Assembly: GCA_043825735.1 (NCBI GenBank)
Contig: JBDRRP010000071.1
Span: 62,001-126,000 of the forward strand
Reading direction: 5' to 3'
Source: Pseudomonadota bacterium
GTDB lineage: Bacteria; Desulfobacterota; Desulfobacteria; Desulfobacterales; JBDRRP01
DNA: 64,000 bases
Positions 1-9,178 of the stretch are shown here, piece by piece (position 1 is the first letter of the stretch; every line of letters starts with the position of its first letter). Position numbers and translations under genes: made by a program. Under the pieces are notes generated by a model, which worked only from the letters and a program-made list of their open reading frames with translations, had not been told where the DNA came from and searched no databases.

Positions 1-12
1 TAGGTCATTGCC

Positions 13-819
13 ATGAATAGTGAACAGAGGCTGTCAGCCGGCATTCGGGCAGCGGAAATGGAACGTGCGGAAAGTGCCTTCCCCAGCCAGTGGTATGAAC
101 TGGGCGGTGAGACGCATTTCTGGTTCCAGTGGCGGCTGGCCGTTTTCCTGAATCAACTGGCCTGCCTGCCGGTTTCTGTCGACCGGCCCTTGCGGTGTTT
201 AGACATCGGCTGTGGCCACGGTATTCTGCGCCGACAGTTGGAACGGCACACCGCCTGGCAAATAGACGGAACAGATCTGAATGCAGACATACTGCAATAC
301 CAGAGCGGCTTCCGCGGCGACACTTTGCTCTATGACATCTTGGAAAAACGCCCGGATCTTTGCGAAGCTTACGACGGCTTGTTTCTGTTCGATGTCATCG
401 AGCACATCGCGGACACGTCAACCTTTCTGGATGCCGCCCTGTACCATTTGAAGCCAAAGGGATGGCTTTTCATAAATGTGCCGGCAATAGAACCACTGTA
501 CAGTGTATATGACGCGGTGGCGGGGCATATCCGCCGCTATGATAAGGATTTGCTTTTAAGAACGGTTGCGGATCAACCCGCTGAGGTAAAGGACATGCGT
601 TACTGGGGGTTGAGCATGGTGCCGATTTTGATTGCGAGAAAATTGGTGTTGCAAGTGAAAAAAATGGATGCGGCGGCCACGCTCCAGACGGGGTTTCAGC
701 CCAAGTTCGCGTTTATCAATAATCTGTTCAGGATCATGATGCGGATTGAAACAACCATTCTGACAAATCCGTTTGTCGGGACATCCCTGATTGCCGCCGT
801 TCAGAAATCGGATCATTAG
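13..819 (+). CDS. Class I SAM-dependent methyltransferase (polysaccharide cluster-associated)
   Basis: 268-aa ORF; motif I LDIGCGHG, DVIEH, VPA..LYS.YD...GH.RRY. Confidence 0.85.
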   Translation: MNSEQRLSAGIRAAEMERAESAFPSQWYELGGETHFWFQWRLAVFLNQLACLPVSVDRPLRCLDIGCGHGILRRQLERHTAWQIDGTDLNADILQYQSGFRGDTLLYDILEKRPDLCEAYDGLFLFDVIEHIADTSTFLDAALYHLKPKGWLFINVPAIEPLYSVYDAVAGHIRRYDKDLLLRTVADQPAEVKDMRYWGLSMVPILIARKLVLQVKKMDAAATLQTGFQPKFAFINNLFRIMMRIETTILTNPFVGTSLIAAVQKSDH

Positions 820-1451
820 TGGCTGCGATGATACAGAACTACCTGCTCAGAAAACCCAAATTCTATGAATGCATGCATGCGGTTTTCTCGGACGTGAAAA
901 ATGAATACCTTCTGCGGCACCTATCCGGCTATAGGGTGGCAGAAAAGATCCGGGTAATCGATCTGGGATGCGGGCCAGGCACAAACGCTCACCTGTTTAT
1001 CGATCCGGGAAGATATGAATATCTGGGGATTGACAACAACCCGGGCTATATCAAGCAGGCACGGAAGAAATTCCCCCTTGAATTCCGGTGTGCGGATATC
1101 GTTGACGCACTCGAAGACCCCGCGCGTTACGATATCGTGCTGATCAACAGCGTTATTCACCATATCGATGAATCGACGGCGCGCCTGGTTTTTCAGGCGG
1201 CCGCCGGTCTCCTGACGCCGGAGGGTGAATGCCTGGTGCTGGATATGGTACACCCGGATGTTCGCAAACCGGCGAACCTGCTTCAGCGCGCGCTGATCAG
1301 TTTGGATCGGGGCACGTACTGCCGCAGTTTCGGTCAGCTCCAAAAGGAAATCGGTTCATTTTTTAACATCCAGAAAGTTTACGACTTCTCAATCAGCCCG
1401 GGAGCCCTTTTGCTGTGGGACCTGCGCCTGCTCGTTTGCCGCCCGAGGTAA
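819..1451 (+). CDS. Class I SAM-dependent methyltransferase
   Basis: IDLGCGPG motif I, LGIDNN, VIHH; GTG start overlaps the upstream stop (ATG at 828 is an alternative). Confidence 0.8.
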   Translation: MAAMIQNYLLRKPKFYECMHAVFSDVKNEYLLRHLSGYRVAEKIRVIDLGCGPGTNAHLFIDPGRYEYLGIDNNPGYIKQARKKFPLEFRCADIVDALEDPARYDIVLINSVIHHIDESTARLVFQAAAGLLTPEGECLVLDMVHPDVRKPANLLQRALISLDRGTYCRSFGQLQKEIGSFFNIQKVYDFSISPGALLLWDLRLLVCRPR

Positions 1452-1481
1452 TTGCCGCAATTGAAAACTCAGGAGACCCAA

Positions 1482-3326
1482 ATGAGGACCGTGGCGGCAT
1501 CCGGCACCAGATTGAAAATATGGGTTGTGCCGCTATTTGTCGTGGCCCTGACCGCGTGCATCACATCGAGTCTTTTCAAGTCATACCTGATTTCCAGAGT
1601 CGCCGACGGCAACGTGATTTCGGCCCTTGAAAAACAAACCGACAGGGCGACCGTCGGCTGGGACGAATTTTGCTACATCCCGCGTATGAACGCGGTCGCC
1701 AACGGGCAGCCGTTTTCCGATCCGTGGAACAGCCATAATCCCGCGTATCGCGGGTGGGGGACGTTTGGGCTGCTGCCAGCGTTGGTGGGGGGTGCATGCG
1801 TCTATCTTTTTGGCGCTTTCTTTCTGTCGATGACTGTGTGGGGCCTTGTCAATTTCCCTCTGATCATTCTGCTTTCCTACTTCATATTCAGGTCTGCGCC
1901 GATATCCTGCTCACCGGCAGCGTCGATTGTGGGGACTTTTCTGCTGATGAGCCAGCTGTGGTTTGCCTCACAGCCATTGTCCTGGTTCTGGAATGTGTCT
2001 CCCAAATACCTCCTGCTGGGCTGGCACCCCTCCTTGGTCGATATAGAAGCCGGCCTGCTGACGTACCTGCCTTACTTTCTATTTTTGTATGCCTACTGGA
2101 AAACGGTCGCGGCGCCGGGCAGGAAGAAAGCGATAGTGCTGGGGTTTACGGCCGGCATCCTGACATATGTCTATTTTTATCATTACATATTCGCCTTTGC
2201 CATGCTCACCGGGCACCTGATCGTTGCCGTGGTGTTCAAACGACGCAAAGAGGCCGGTTTTTATCTGTTAGCCCTCACCACCGGACTGCTCACCGCGGCT
2301 CCCTTTTTTATCAACACCCTGAGCTTTATTCAGCGATCGGCCACGATACTCTATCAGCAGCGACTGGATTACAGCCCGGGCCGCTGGCCGATCAACGACT
2401 ATCACTGGCTGCTCAGTCTATTCCTGCCTCTGGTCGTCGGAATCATCTACTATGTATTCAGGCAACCTTCACGCAGCAAGAAAGTTTACCTTGAGTGTTT
2501 GGCCGTCCTGGGGTTCTCCTATTTCGGCGTACTGCACGTCAGGGTCCTGCTGGGCTTCATGCAGGCGCCTGATCACTTCTGGCGATTGTCACTGGGGATA
2601 CCTGCGAGTTTATGGTGCCTGGCGGCCACGGCAGATTTTATTCATTCAAGGATGACGGCGCATCGATGGCACCGGCAGATCATTACGGTGGCGGCAACCG
2701 TGCTTCCGTTTTTACTGCTGGCCAGAACGACAATGGGCCTTGGATTCTATGCAAACCTGCCCGATCGTCAAATGCTGTTCTCCGGCGAGCAAATCCGGAT
2801 GCTGGATAATCTCAATGCTTTTGACAAAGTACTTAAGCCAGGGGAAGGGTTTTTAACCTCTGAACCGGCACTGAATTACCATGTCATGGCCAATCTGAAG
2901 GCTAAGCCGTTCATGGCCATGGGGCTTTCGCCGGTCAGCATCCGGTCGCTGAGTGAGCGATTTTTTGTGAGCACCTATCTGACGGGACGCGAAAAGGCGC
3001 CATTTCTATTAGGTTTGAACCGTACCGGTAATGCCTATATCCATGTTAAAGACCCGGATCTCTATCTATATATCAATCTGTTTATCCACCCCTGGTCAAA
3101 GAGGATCTTGCAGACGGAAGAAAATCATTATGCGAGCTTGCAGCCTGAAACCGTTGATTGGGGAGCACAAATGGAGGCACTGGCCTCCGTCACTACCATT
3201 TATATCAATAAGCAAGACCTCAATGCGGCGCTTCCCAGAATAAGGCGGTTTTTCGATATCTCGGAAACCGTGATCAACCCCTCCGGCGTGATATATCGCG
3301 TTGCAATCAAGCGCACGAACCCTTAA
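1482..3326 (+). CDS. Polytopic membrane protein, possibly a GT-C-like glycosyltransferase
   Basis: Many hydrophobic segments, early WDE motif after the first TM; AGGAG RBS before ATG 1482; lies next to a GtrB-like GT2. Function is inferred. Confidence 0.6.
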   Translation: MRTVAASGTRLKIWVVPLFVVALTACITSSLFKSYLISRVADGNVISALEKQTDRATVGWDEFCYIPRMNAVANGQPFSDPWNSHNPAYRGWGTFGLLPALVGGACVYLFGAFFLSMTVWGLVNFPLIILLSYFIFRSAPISCSPAASIVGTFLLMSQLWFASQPLSWFWNVSPKYLLLGWHPSLVDIEAGLLTYLPYFLFLYAYWKTVAAPGRKKAIVLGFTAGILTYVYFYHYIFAFAMLTGHLIVAVVFKRRKEAGFYLLALTTGLLTAAPFFINTLSFIQRSATILYQQRLDYSPGRWPINDYHWLLSLFLPLVVGIIYYVFRQPSRSKKVYLECLAVLGFSYFGVLHVRVLLGFMQAPDHFWRLSLGIPASLWCLAATADFIHSRMTAHRWHRQIITVAATVLPFLLLARTTMGLGFYANLPDRQMLFSGEQIRMLDNLNAFDKVLKPGEGFLTSEPALNYHVMANLKAKPFMAMGLSPVSIRSLSERFFVSTYLTGREKAPFLLGLNRTGNAYIHVKDPDLYLYINLFIHPWSKRILQTEENHYASLQPETVDWGAQMEALASVTTIYINKQDLNAALPRIRRFFDISETVINPSGVIYRVAIKRTNP

Positions 3327-3413
3327 AGACAAACCCCGACTGTAGAGCTGGCAATGAAGCCGATTTGGGGCGATTGAAAAGCCACTATAGAATGCTCTTA
3401 GGGTGATCATAAA

Positions 3414-4352
3414 ATGATTTCTATCGTCATACCTTGCTATAACGAAGAAAAGAATCTGCCGTTATTGTATGAAAGAATTTCCGCTGCTGCCGGAAAATGG
3501 AATGAAGCCTATGAGGTCATATTGGTTGATGACAGCTCCCGGGATTCATCCTGGGAGATTATCACCGATATCCATCAGCACGACGAACGCTGGAAAGCGA
3601 TCCGGTTTTCAAGAAACTTCGGGCACCAGATAGCCATTACAGCCGGAATTAAACATGCCCGCGGAGACGCTGTCATATTAATGGATGCGGATCTACAGGA
3701 CCCTCCGGAAATTCTGGATCAATTCATTGGTAAATGGAAAGAGGGTTACAAGGTCGTTTACGGGATCAGGGCTACGCGCAAAGAAGGCCTCATCAAAAAG
3801 GCCTGCTATGCATTTTTCTATCGGCTGATGGGAAAGGTGTCCGATACGGAAATGCCGAACGACTCTGGCGATTTTTGTCTGGTTGACAGAAAAATCGCCG
3901 AAATTCTGAACGATATGCCGGAACAAAACAGGTTTGTACGGGGACTGCGTGCCTGGGCCGGTTTTTCGCAGATCGGCATCGAATATGACCGGGATGCCCG
4001 AGCGGCGGGCGAAGTCCAGTATACGTTCAGAAAACTGCTTAAACTGGCAACGGACGGCATCTTCTCTTTCTCAATCGCTCCGATTCGTGTTGCCACCTAT
4101 TTCGGGTTGGTGGTTTCGATCATCGCGGCCACTGGCGCCTTGGCTATTTTAATCTGGAGGCTGACCAGTGATTTCGAGTTGCCGGGTTATGCCACGACCA
4201 TCCTCTCCGTCCTTTTCCTTGGCGGTGTGCAACTGGTGACCCTTGGGATAATCGGAGAGTACATCGGGCGCATCTACGATGAAGTAAAAAGACGGCCGCT
4301 CTGGATAAAGGAAAAAAGTGTCGGATTCACAGACGGTGAAGACGGCGTATGA
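3414..4352 (+). CDS. GT2 polyprenol-phosphate glycosyltransferase (GtrB/ArnC-like)
   Basis: SIVIPCYNEE, FSRNFGHQ, DADLQDPP, two C-terminal TMs, GEYIGRIY. Confidence 0.92.
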   Translation: MISIVIPCYNEEKNLPLLYERISAAAGKWNEAYEVILVDDSSRDSSWEIITDIHQHDERWKAIRFSRNFGHQIAITAGIKHARGDAVILMDADLQDPPEILDQFIGKWKEGYKVVYGIRATRKEGLIKKACYAFFYRLMGKVSDTEMPNDSGDFCLVDRKIAEILNDMPEQNRFVRGLRAWAGFSQIGIEYDRDARAAGEVQYTFRKLLKLATDGIFSFSIAPIRVATYFGLVVSIIAATGALAILIWRLTSDFELPGYATTILSVLFLGGVQLVTLGIIGEYIGRIYDEVKRRPLWIKEKSVGFTDGEDGV

Positions 4353-5239
4353 ATGTCCGCATAGAATCCATGCTGGAAAATGCTCAGGCCACCAGGACCC
4401 GGCTGCACTTTATCGCCACGGTTCTCAAATCCGGAGATGGTGGCGGCCAGGTCTTGGATTACGGTTGTGGCACCGGAGAGCATTTGACCCGTTATCTGGG
4501 GGAACTGTTTCCTCAATACGAGGTGACCGGTGTCGATCCGGATCAGGAGAGCATCCGGTTTGCACGGGAAACCTTCATAGGGATCGAAAATTTATCGTTT
4601 GCCACCCATCTGCCGCCGGGAAAACAATTCGATTGCATCATCGCTTCAGAAGTCCTCGAGCATGTAGAGAATCCATTTGAGATTCTGATGCAGCTTCGAT
4701 CAAGGCTGAAAAAAGACGCTCACTTGATTCTCACGGTCCCCAATGGATACGGACCATCGGAGTGGATGTCCTTTATTGAGGCAATCCTTACTCTGAGTGG
4801 ATGTATGAGGGGCGTGCGAAGGCTCAAGGGACGACTCGTTGGCAAGCGCGGCAATGAGGGGAGAAAAACTCCGGACACGCTGGCTGTTAGTCCGCACATC
4901 AATTTTTTTGAGTTTAACAAGCTTCGAAGGATTTATAATCTGTGCGGCCTTGAACAGGTCCGGTACCGGGGGCGCATGCTGCTTTACGACCTTATCAGTT
5001 CCCGGGTGTTCAACAGATTCGAATCTCTTGCGGTTCTGAACGCACGCATGGCCGGCTGTTTGCCGCCATTTATGGTTTCAGACTGGATGATTGTATTGAG
5101 AAAAGGACCCGCCGTGCCGCTGGCCGGGAAAATACCCGTCTATCGGCGAAATCACTTCGAGCGTTTGCGTCGGCATATCAATATTCGCAGATGGCGAGAC
5201 ACTGAATCGACAGGGGGAGTCGTGGCGTGTGTGGAATAG
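4349..5239 (+). CDS. Class I SAM-dependent methyltransferase
   Basis: VLDYGCGTG, SEVLEHV, LTVPNG; ATGA overlap with upstream gene. Confidence 0.85.
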   Translation: MNVRIESMLENAQATRTRLHFIATVLKSGDGGGQVLDYGCGTGEHLTRYLGELFPQYEVTGVDPDQESIRFARETFIGIENLSFATHLPPGKQFDCIIASEVLEHVENPFEILMQLRSRLKKDAHLILTVPNGYGPSEWMSFIEAILTLSGCMRGVRRLKGRLVGKRGNEGRKTPDTLAVSPHINFFEFNKLRRIYNLCGLEQVRYRGRMLLYDLISSRVFNRFESLAVLNARMAGCLPPFMVSDWMIVLRKGPAVPLAGKIPVYRRNHFERLRRHINIRRWRDTESTGGVVACVE

Positions 5240-7134
5240 CCGGATGCCTGGTTTACCGGGACAACCAGTTTGAAATTGACGAAAAGTACCTTGCCGCCAT
5301 GCGGGACGTCATGCGCCACCGTGGCCCAGATGGACAAGGGCACTGGATATCTCCGGATCGTAAAATCGGTCTGGCTCACCGGCGGTTGTCGATCATCGAT
5401 CTTTCGGATCTGGCCGGGCAGCCGATGTGCAATGAAGATGGCTCCGTATGGATTGTCTATAACGGCGAGATTTACAACCATGCCGATATTCGCAATGAAC
5501 TTCTCCAAATAGATGGGCACACCTGGAAAACGGATCATTCCGATACGGAGATGATCCTGCATGCATATGAACAGTGGGGTATCGATTGCATTCACAAATT
5601 CCGGGGCATGTTCGCCATCGCCATCTGGGATGGCAGAAAACGCCGGTTGTGGCTTGTCAGGGATCGCATCGGTATCAAACCCCTTTATTACAGTATTCAC
5701 AACGGACGGGTCGTGTTTGCGTCCGAGATCAAGGCGATTTTAGAGGACCCGGATCAGAAGCGGGACGTTAATGAGCAGGCCTTTTATCACTACCTGTCGT
5801 TTCTGACGACCCCCGCACCGGATACGCTGTTTGCCGGCATCAAAAAGATCGCCCCCGGCACACGCATTCGATTCGGTCCGGACGGTACCGTTGTCGAAGA
5901 AAGATACTGGGATGTCTGGGACCACACGACACCACTTGTCGGAAGAACCGATGGCGATATCGCGGACATGCTGCTCAGGGAGTTGCGGACAGCGGTGCAT
6001 TTGCGAAAATTGAGCGATGTCCCGGTTGGCGTCTTTCTTTCCGGGGGCATCGATTCGAGCACCAACGTCGCCCTTTTCAGCGAACAGGGCTCTTTGCCGC
6101 TGAAAACCTTCAGCATCGGTTATGATGGAGATTACCTCACTTATACCAACGAAACCCGGTACGCTCGAAGCGTCGCGGCGGATTTTGGCGCACAGTATTA
6201 TGAGAAACTGCTTTCAGTGGATGATCTTCTAAACTTTCTGCCGAAAATGGTCTGGCTGCAGGATGAGCCCATTGCCGACCCGGTCTGTGTCCCCATCTAC
6301 TATGTTTCCCAACTCGCGCGCGAGAACGGTGTGATTGTCTGTCAGGTAGGGGAAGGGGCTGATGAACTTTTTTACGGATATCCCGGATGGAAAACATCCC
6401 TGAAAGTGCAACGCAGCAGTGATCGATTTCCCTTCCCCGGCTTGAAACGCCTGGGTGCCGGACTGTTGGGGGCGTTTCCTAAAATCCGCTACAGTTTCCA
6501 GCTTGAATGGCTTCGGCGCGCCGGGCGCAGCCAGCCTGTTTTCTGGGGTGGGGCCGAGGCATTTACGCAAACCCACAAGCAGGCGATTTTGAGCGCCAGA
6601 TTAAGAAAACAATTCAAAAACTATTCCTCATGGGACGCGCTGCAGGGCATCCGGAAACGATTTGAACAAAAATCATGGGAGCCCACCCACCTGCACTGGA
6701 TGTCCTACCTGGATCTGAACTTGCGTCTGCCGGAGCTACTCCTGATGCGGATAGACAAGATGAGCATGGGACAAAGCCTTGAAGGGCGCGTCCCGTTCCT
6801 TGATCACAAGTTCGTCGAGTTGGTTATGAGCATCCCCAGCGAAGTGAAAACGCGTGGTGGGGATTTGAAATATATACTCAAAAAGGCTGTCAAGGGCATC
6901 ATACCGCAGGAGATTATCGCGCGCCCCAAGCAAGGGTTCAACGTGCCGATCTATGAGTGGTTCTTCGAGAAATTGGGAAAGGAAGCCAATAAAGAGCTGA
7001 TGCGGTTTTGCCGAGAAACGGATTTTATCTGTAAAAGCGCAATCAGTGACTTGGTGGTTCGCAAGCGGGGGCCGCAGTTGTGGTACCTGTTGAATTTCGC
7101 GCTCTGGTGGCGGGAATATATCAGGGGAGGATAG
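5227..7134 (+). CDS. asnB: Asparagine synthase-type glutamine amidotransferase (probably sugar amidation)
   Basis: N-terminal CGIAG, HRGPD, HRRLSIID, RDRIGIKPLYY, LSGGIDSS, EGRVPFLDH. Confidence 0.93.
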   Translation: MCGIAGCLVYRDNQFEIDEKYLAAMRDVMRHRGPDGQGHWISPDRKIGLAHRRLSIIDLSDLAGQPMCNEDGSVWIVYNGEIYNHADIRNELLQIDGHTWKTDHSDTEMILHAYEQWGIDCIHKFRGMFAIAIWDGRKRRLWLVRDRIGIKPLYYSIHNGRVVFASEIKAILEDPDQKRDVNEQAFYHYLSFLTTPAPDTLFAGIKKIAPGTRIRFGPDGTVVEERYWDVWDHTTPLVGRTDGDIADMLLRELRTAVHLRKLSDVPVGVFLSGGIDSSTNVALFSEQGSLPLKTFSIGYDGDYLTYTNETRYARSVAADFGAQYYEKLLSVDDLLNFLPKMVWLQDEPIADPVCVPIYYVSQLARENGVIVCQVGEGADELFYGYPGWKTSLKVQRSSDRFPFPGLKRLGAGLLGAFPKIRYSFQLEWLRRAGRSQPVFWGGAEAFTQTHKQAILSARLRKQFKNYSSWDALQGIRKRFEQKSWEPTHLHWMSYLDLNLRLPELLLMRIDKMSMGQSLEGRVPFLDHKFVELVMSIPSEVKTRGGDLKYILKKAVKGIIPQEIIARPKQGFNVPIYEWFFEKLGKEANKELMRFCRETDFICKSAISDLVVRKRGPQLWYLLNFALWWREYIRGG

Positions 7135-7143
7135 ATAGCCATT

Positions 7144-7944
7144 TTGTCTGACACAGAACTGAAGAAACAGGTCGAATCCTACTGGGATCATGAACCCTGC
7201 GGTACGACTCACTCAGCCGGTGTCCGGTTTTCCAGAGATTATTTTGATGCAATCGAAAATTACCGGTATACGGTCGAGCCGGAGATCTTTTCCTTTGCGC
7301 AATTTTCAAGGTTTCACGGGAAAAAGGTTCTCGAGGTCGGTGTCGGGGCCGGAACGGATTTTCTGCAGTGGATCCGTTCAGGTGCGAACGGTTTCGGGAT
7401 CGATCTGACCCATAACGGCATTGTGCATACCCGGGAGCGATTGAATGTGTACGGGTTTGACGCCAACCGATTAATGGTCGCCGATGCCGAGACACTGCCG
7501 TTTCAAGACGGCAGCTTCGATCTGGTCTACAGCTGGGGCGTCATTCATCACTCACCGGACACCGTCAGGGCCTTGACGGAGATCATCCGGGTTACCCGGC
7601 CGGGGGGCGGTTGCAAGATCATGGTGTACAACCGGCACTCCCTGTGGACGTTTTTTTTGTGGGGCAAAATGGCGTTTTTGAAGGGTCGACCATGGAAGTC
7701 CCTGGCATGGAGTCTGTATCACTACCAGGAAAGCCCCGGCACAAAGGCCTATACGGCCAAAGAGTTGGCCACGATGGTGGCGTCCATACCCGGCGTTAAA
7801 TTCAAAATCAACAGTTGGATTACGGTCTACGACAGTCTTGACCTGGTGCGCAGCAAGCGGCTCAGGGCTTTGGGCCGGCTGATGGCAAAGATTCTTGGAG
7901 ATAAATTCGGATGGTACATGACCGTCGACATTTCGAAATCATAG
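7144..7944 (+). CDS. Class I SAM-dependent methyltransferase
   Basis: VLEVGVGAG, ADAETLPFQDGSFDLVYSWGVIHH; TTG start. Confidence 0.85.
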   Translation: MSDTELKKQVESYWDHEPCGTTHSAGVRFSRDYFDAIENYRYTVEPEIFSFAQFSRFHGKKVLEVGVGAGTDFLQWIRSGANGFGIDLTHNGIVHTRERLNVYGFDANRLMVADAETLPFQDGSFDLVYSWGVIHHSPDTVRALTEIIRVTRPGGGCKIMVYNRHSLWTFFLWGKMAFLKGRPWKSLAWSLYHYQESPGTKAYTAKELATMVASIPGVKFKINSWITVYDSLDLVRSKRLRALGRLMAKILGDKFGWYMTVDISKS

Positions 7945-8014
7945 ACGGCGATGGCAGCGTCGCATCTACTGACGGGCAATGCGCAGCAGACACGGCGGCT
8001 GTGGTGAAACCGTC

Positions 8015-9121
8015 ATGAAAATTCATTTAGTCTGCGCCGCCAGACCCAATTTTATGAAAATCGCGCCGCTGTATCATGCCTTGAAAAAGGAGCGATGGGC
8101 GACGCCTGTTCTGGTCCATACCGGTCAGCATTACGATGTGAACATGTCGGATGCTTTCTTTCGTGACCTCGCCTTGCCGGAGCCGGATATCCACCTGGGG
8201 GTTGGCAGCGGCACCCACGCCGAGCAGACCGGGAATGTGATGACCGCGTACGAGAAGGCCCTGATACGTGATCGACCGGATCTGGTGGTCGTTGCCGGAG
8301 ATGTCAACTCAACCATGGCCGCAACGCTGGCGGCAACCAAACTGGGCATCAAAGTCGGGCACCTGGAAGCCGGTCTGCGTTCGTATGACCGCACAATGCC
8401 TGAGGAGATCAACCGGATCGTCACCGATGTGCTGGCCGATATTCTCTGGATTCCCTCGCCGGATGCCGAGGAAAACCTGATCAAGGAAGGGATCCCTCAG
8501 GACCGGATCTGCTTTGTCGGCAACATCATGATCGACTCCCTGGAGATATTGAAGGAACCCATACAAAAACGCGCCACATGCGCGGCCTTTGGCCTGACAA
8601 AAAATACCTTCGGGGTGGTGACGCTGCACCGGCCCGCCAACGTGGACGATGCCCGGATATTGTCCCAGGTCACGGCAACGCTGATCCGGATTTCAGAGCA
8701 GATCCCGCTTGTATTTCCCATTCACCCACGGACACGTGCGAGCCTGGACCGCTTCGGGCTTTTGGATGCCATCCAGGCCGCCGATGGCGTGCTGTCCCCC
8801 GAACCCCTGGGTTACATCGATTTCATGAACCTGGTGAGCAATGCCCGGCTGGTGATTACCGATTCCGGCGGAATCCAGGAGGAAACCTCATATCTGGGGA
8901 TACCCTGCCTGACCCTGCGCCCCAATACGGAACGACCGATCACCACCACCATGGGCAGCAATCAGCTTTGCAGTTTAGAAGACCTGGAGAAAAAAGTCCT
9001 GGCCATATTGGCTGAAAAGCGACCGCCCCGCAGACGGATCAAGTACTGGGACGGTAAGACGGCAGGGCGAATCGTTACGCATTTGAAGCGCTTGAAAACA
9101 GCCGCGGTGTTGCCGGGATGA
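8015..9121 (+). CDS. wecB: UDP-N-acetylglucosamine 2-epimerase (non-hydrolysing)
   Basis: ARPNFMK, HTGQHYD, HLEAGLRS, PEEINR, TDSGGIQEE. Confidence 0.92.
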   Translation: MKIHLVCAARPNFMKIAPLYHALKKERWATPVLVHTGQHYDVNMSDAFFRDLALPEPDIHLGVGSGTHAEQTGNVMTAYEKALIRDRPDLVVVAGDVNSTMAATLAATKLGIKVGHLEAGLRSYDRTMPEEINRIVTDVLADILWIPSPDAEENLIKEGIPQDRICFVGNIMIDSLEILKEPIQKRATCAAFGLTKNTFGVVTLHRPANVDDARILSQVTATLIRISEQIPLVFPIHPRTRASLDRFGLLDAIQAADGVLSPEPLGYIDFMNLVSNARLVITDSGGIQEETSYLGIPCLTLRPNTERPITTTMGSNQLCSLEDLEKKVLAILAEKRPPRRRIKYWDGKTAGRIVTHLKRLKTAAVLPG

Positions 9122-9178
9122 TCGTGGCGCCGATGATAACCCCGACGGCAACCGGCATCGGATGAGTGTGCCTGCCTC

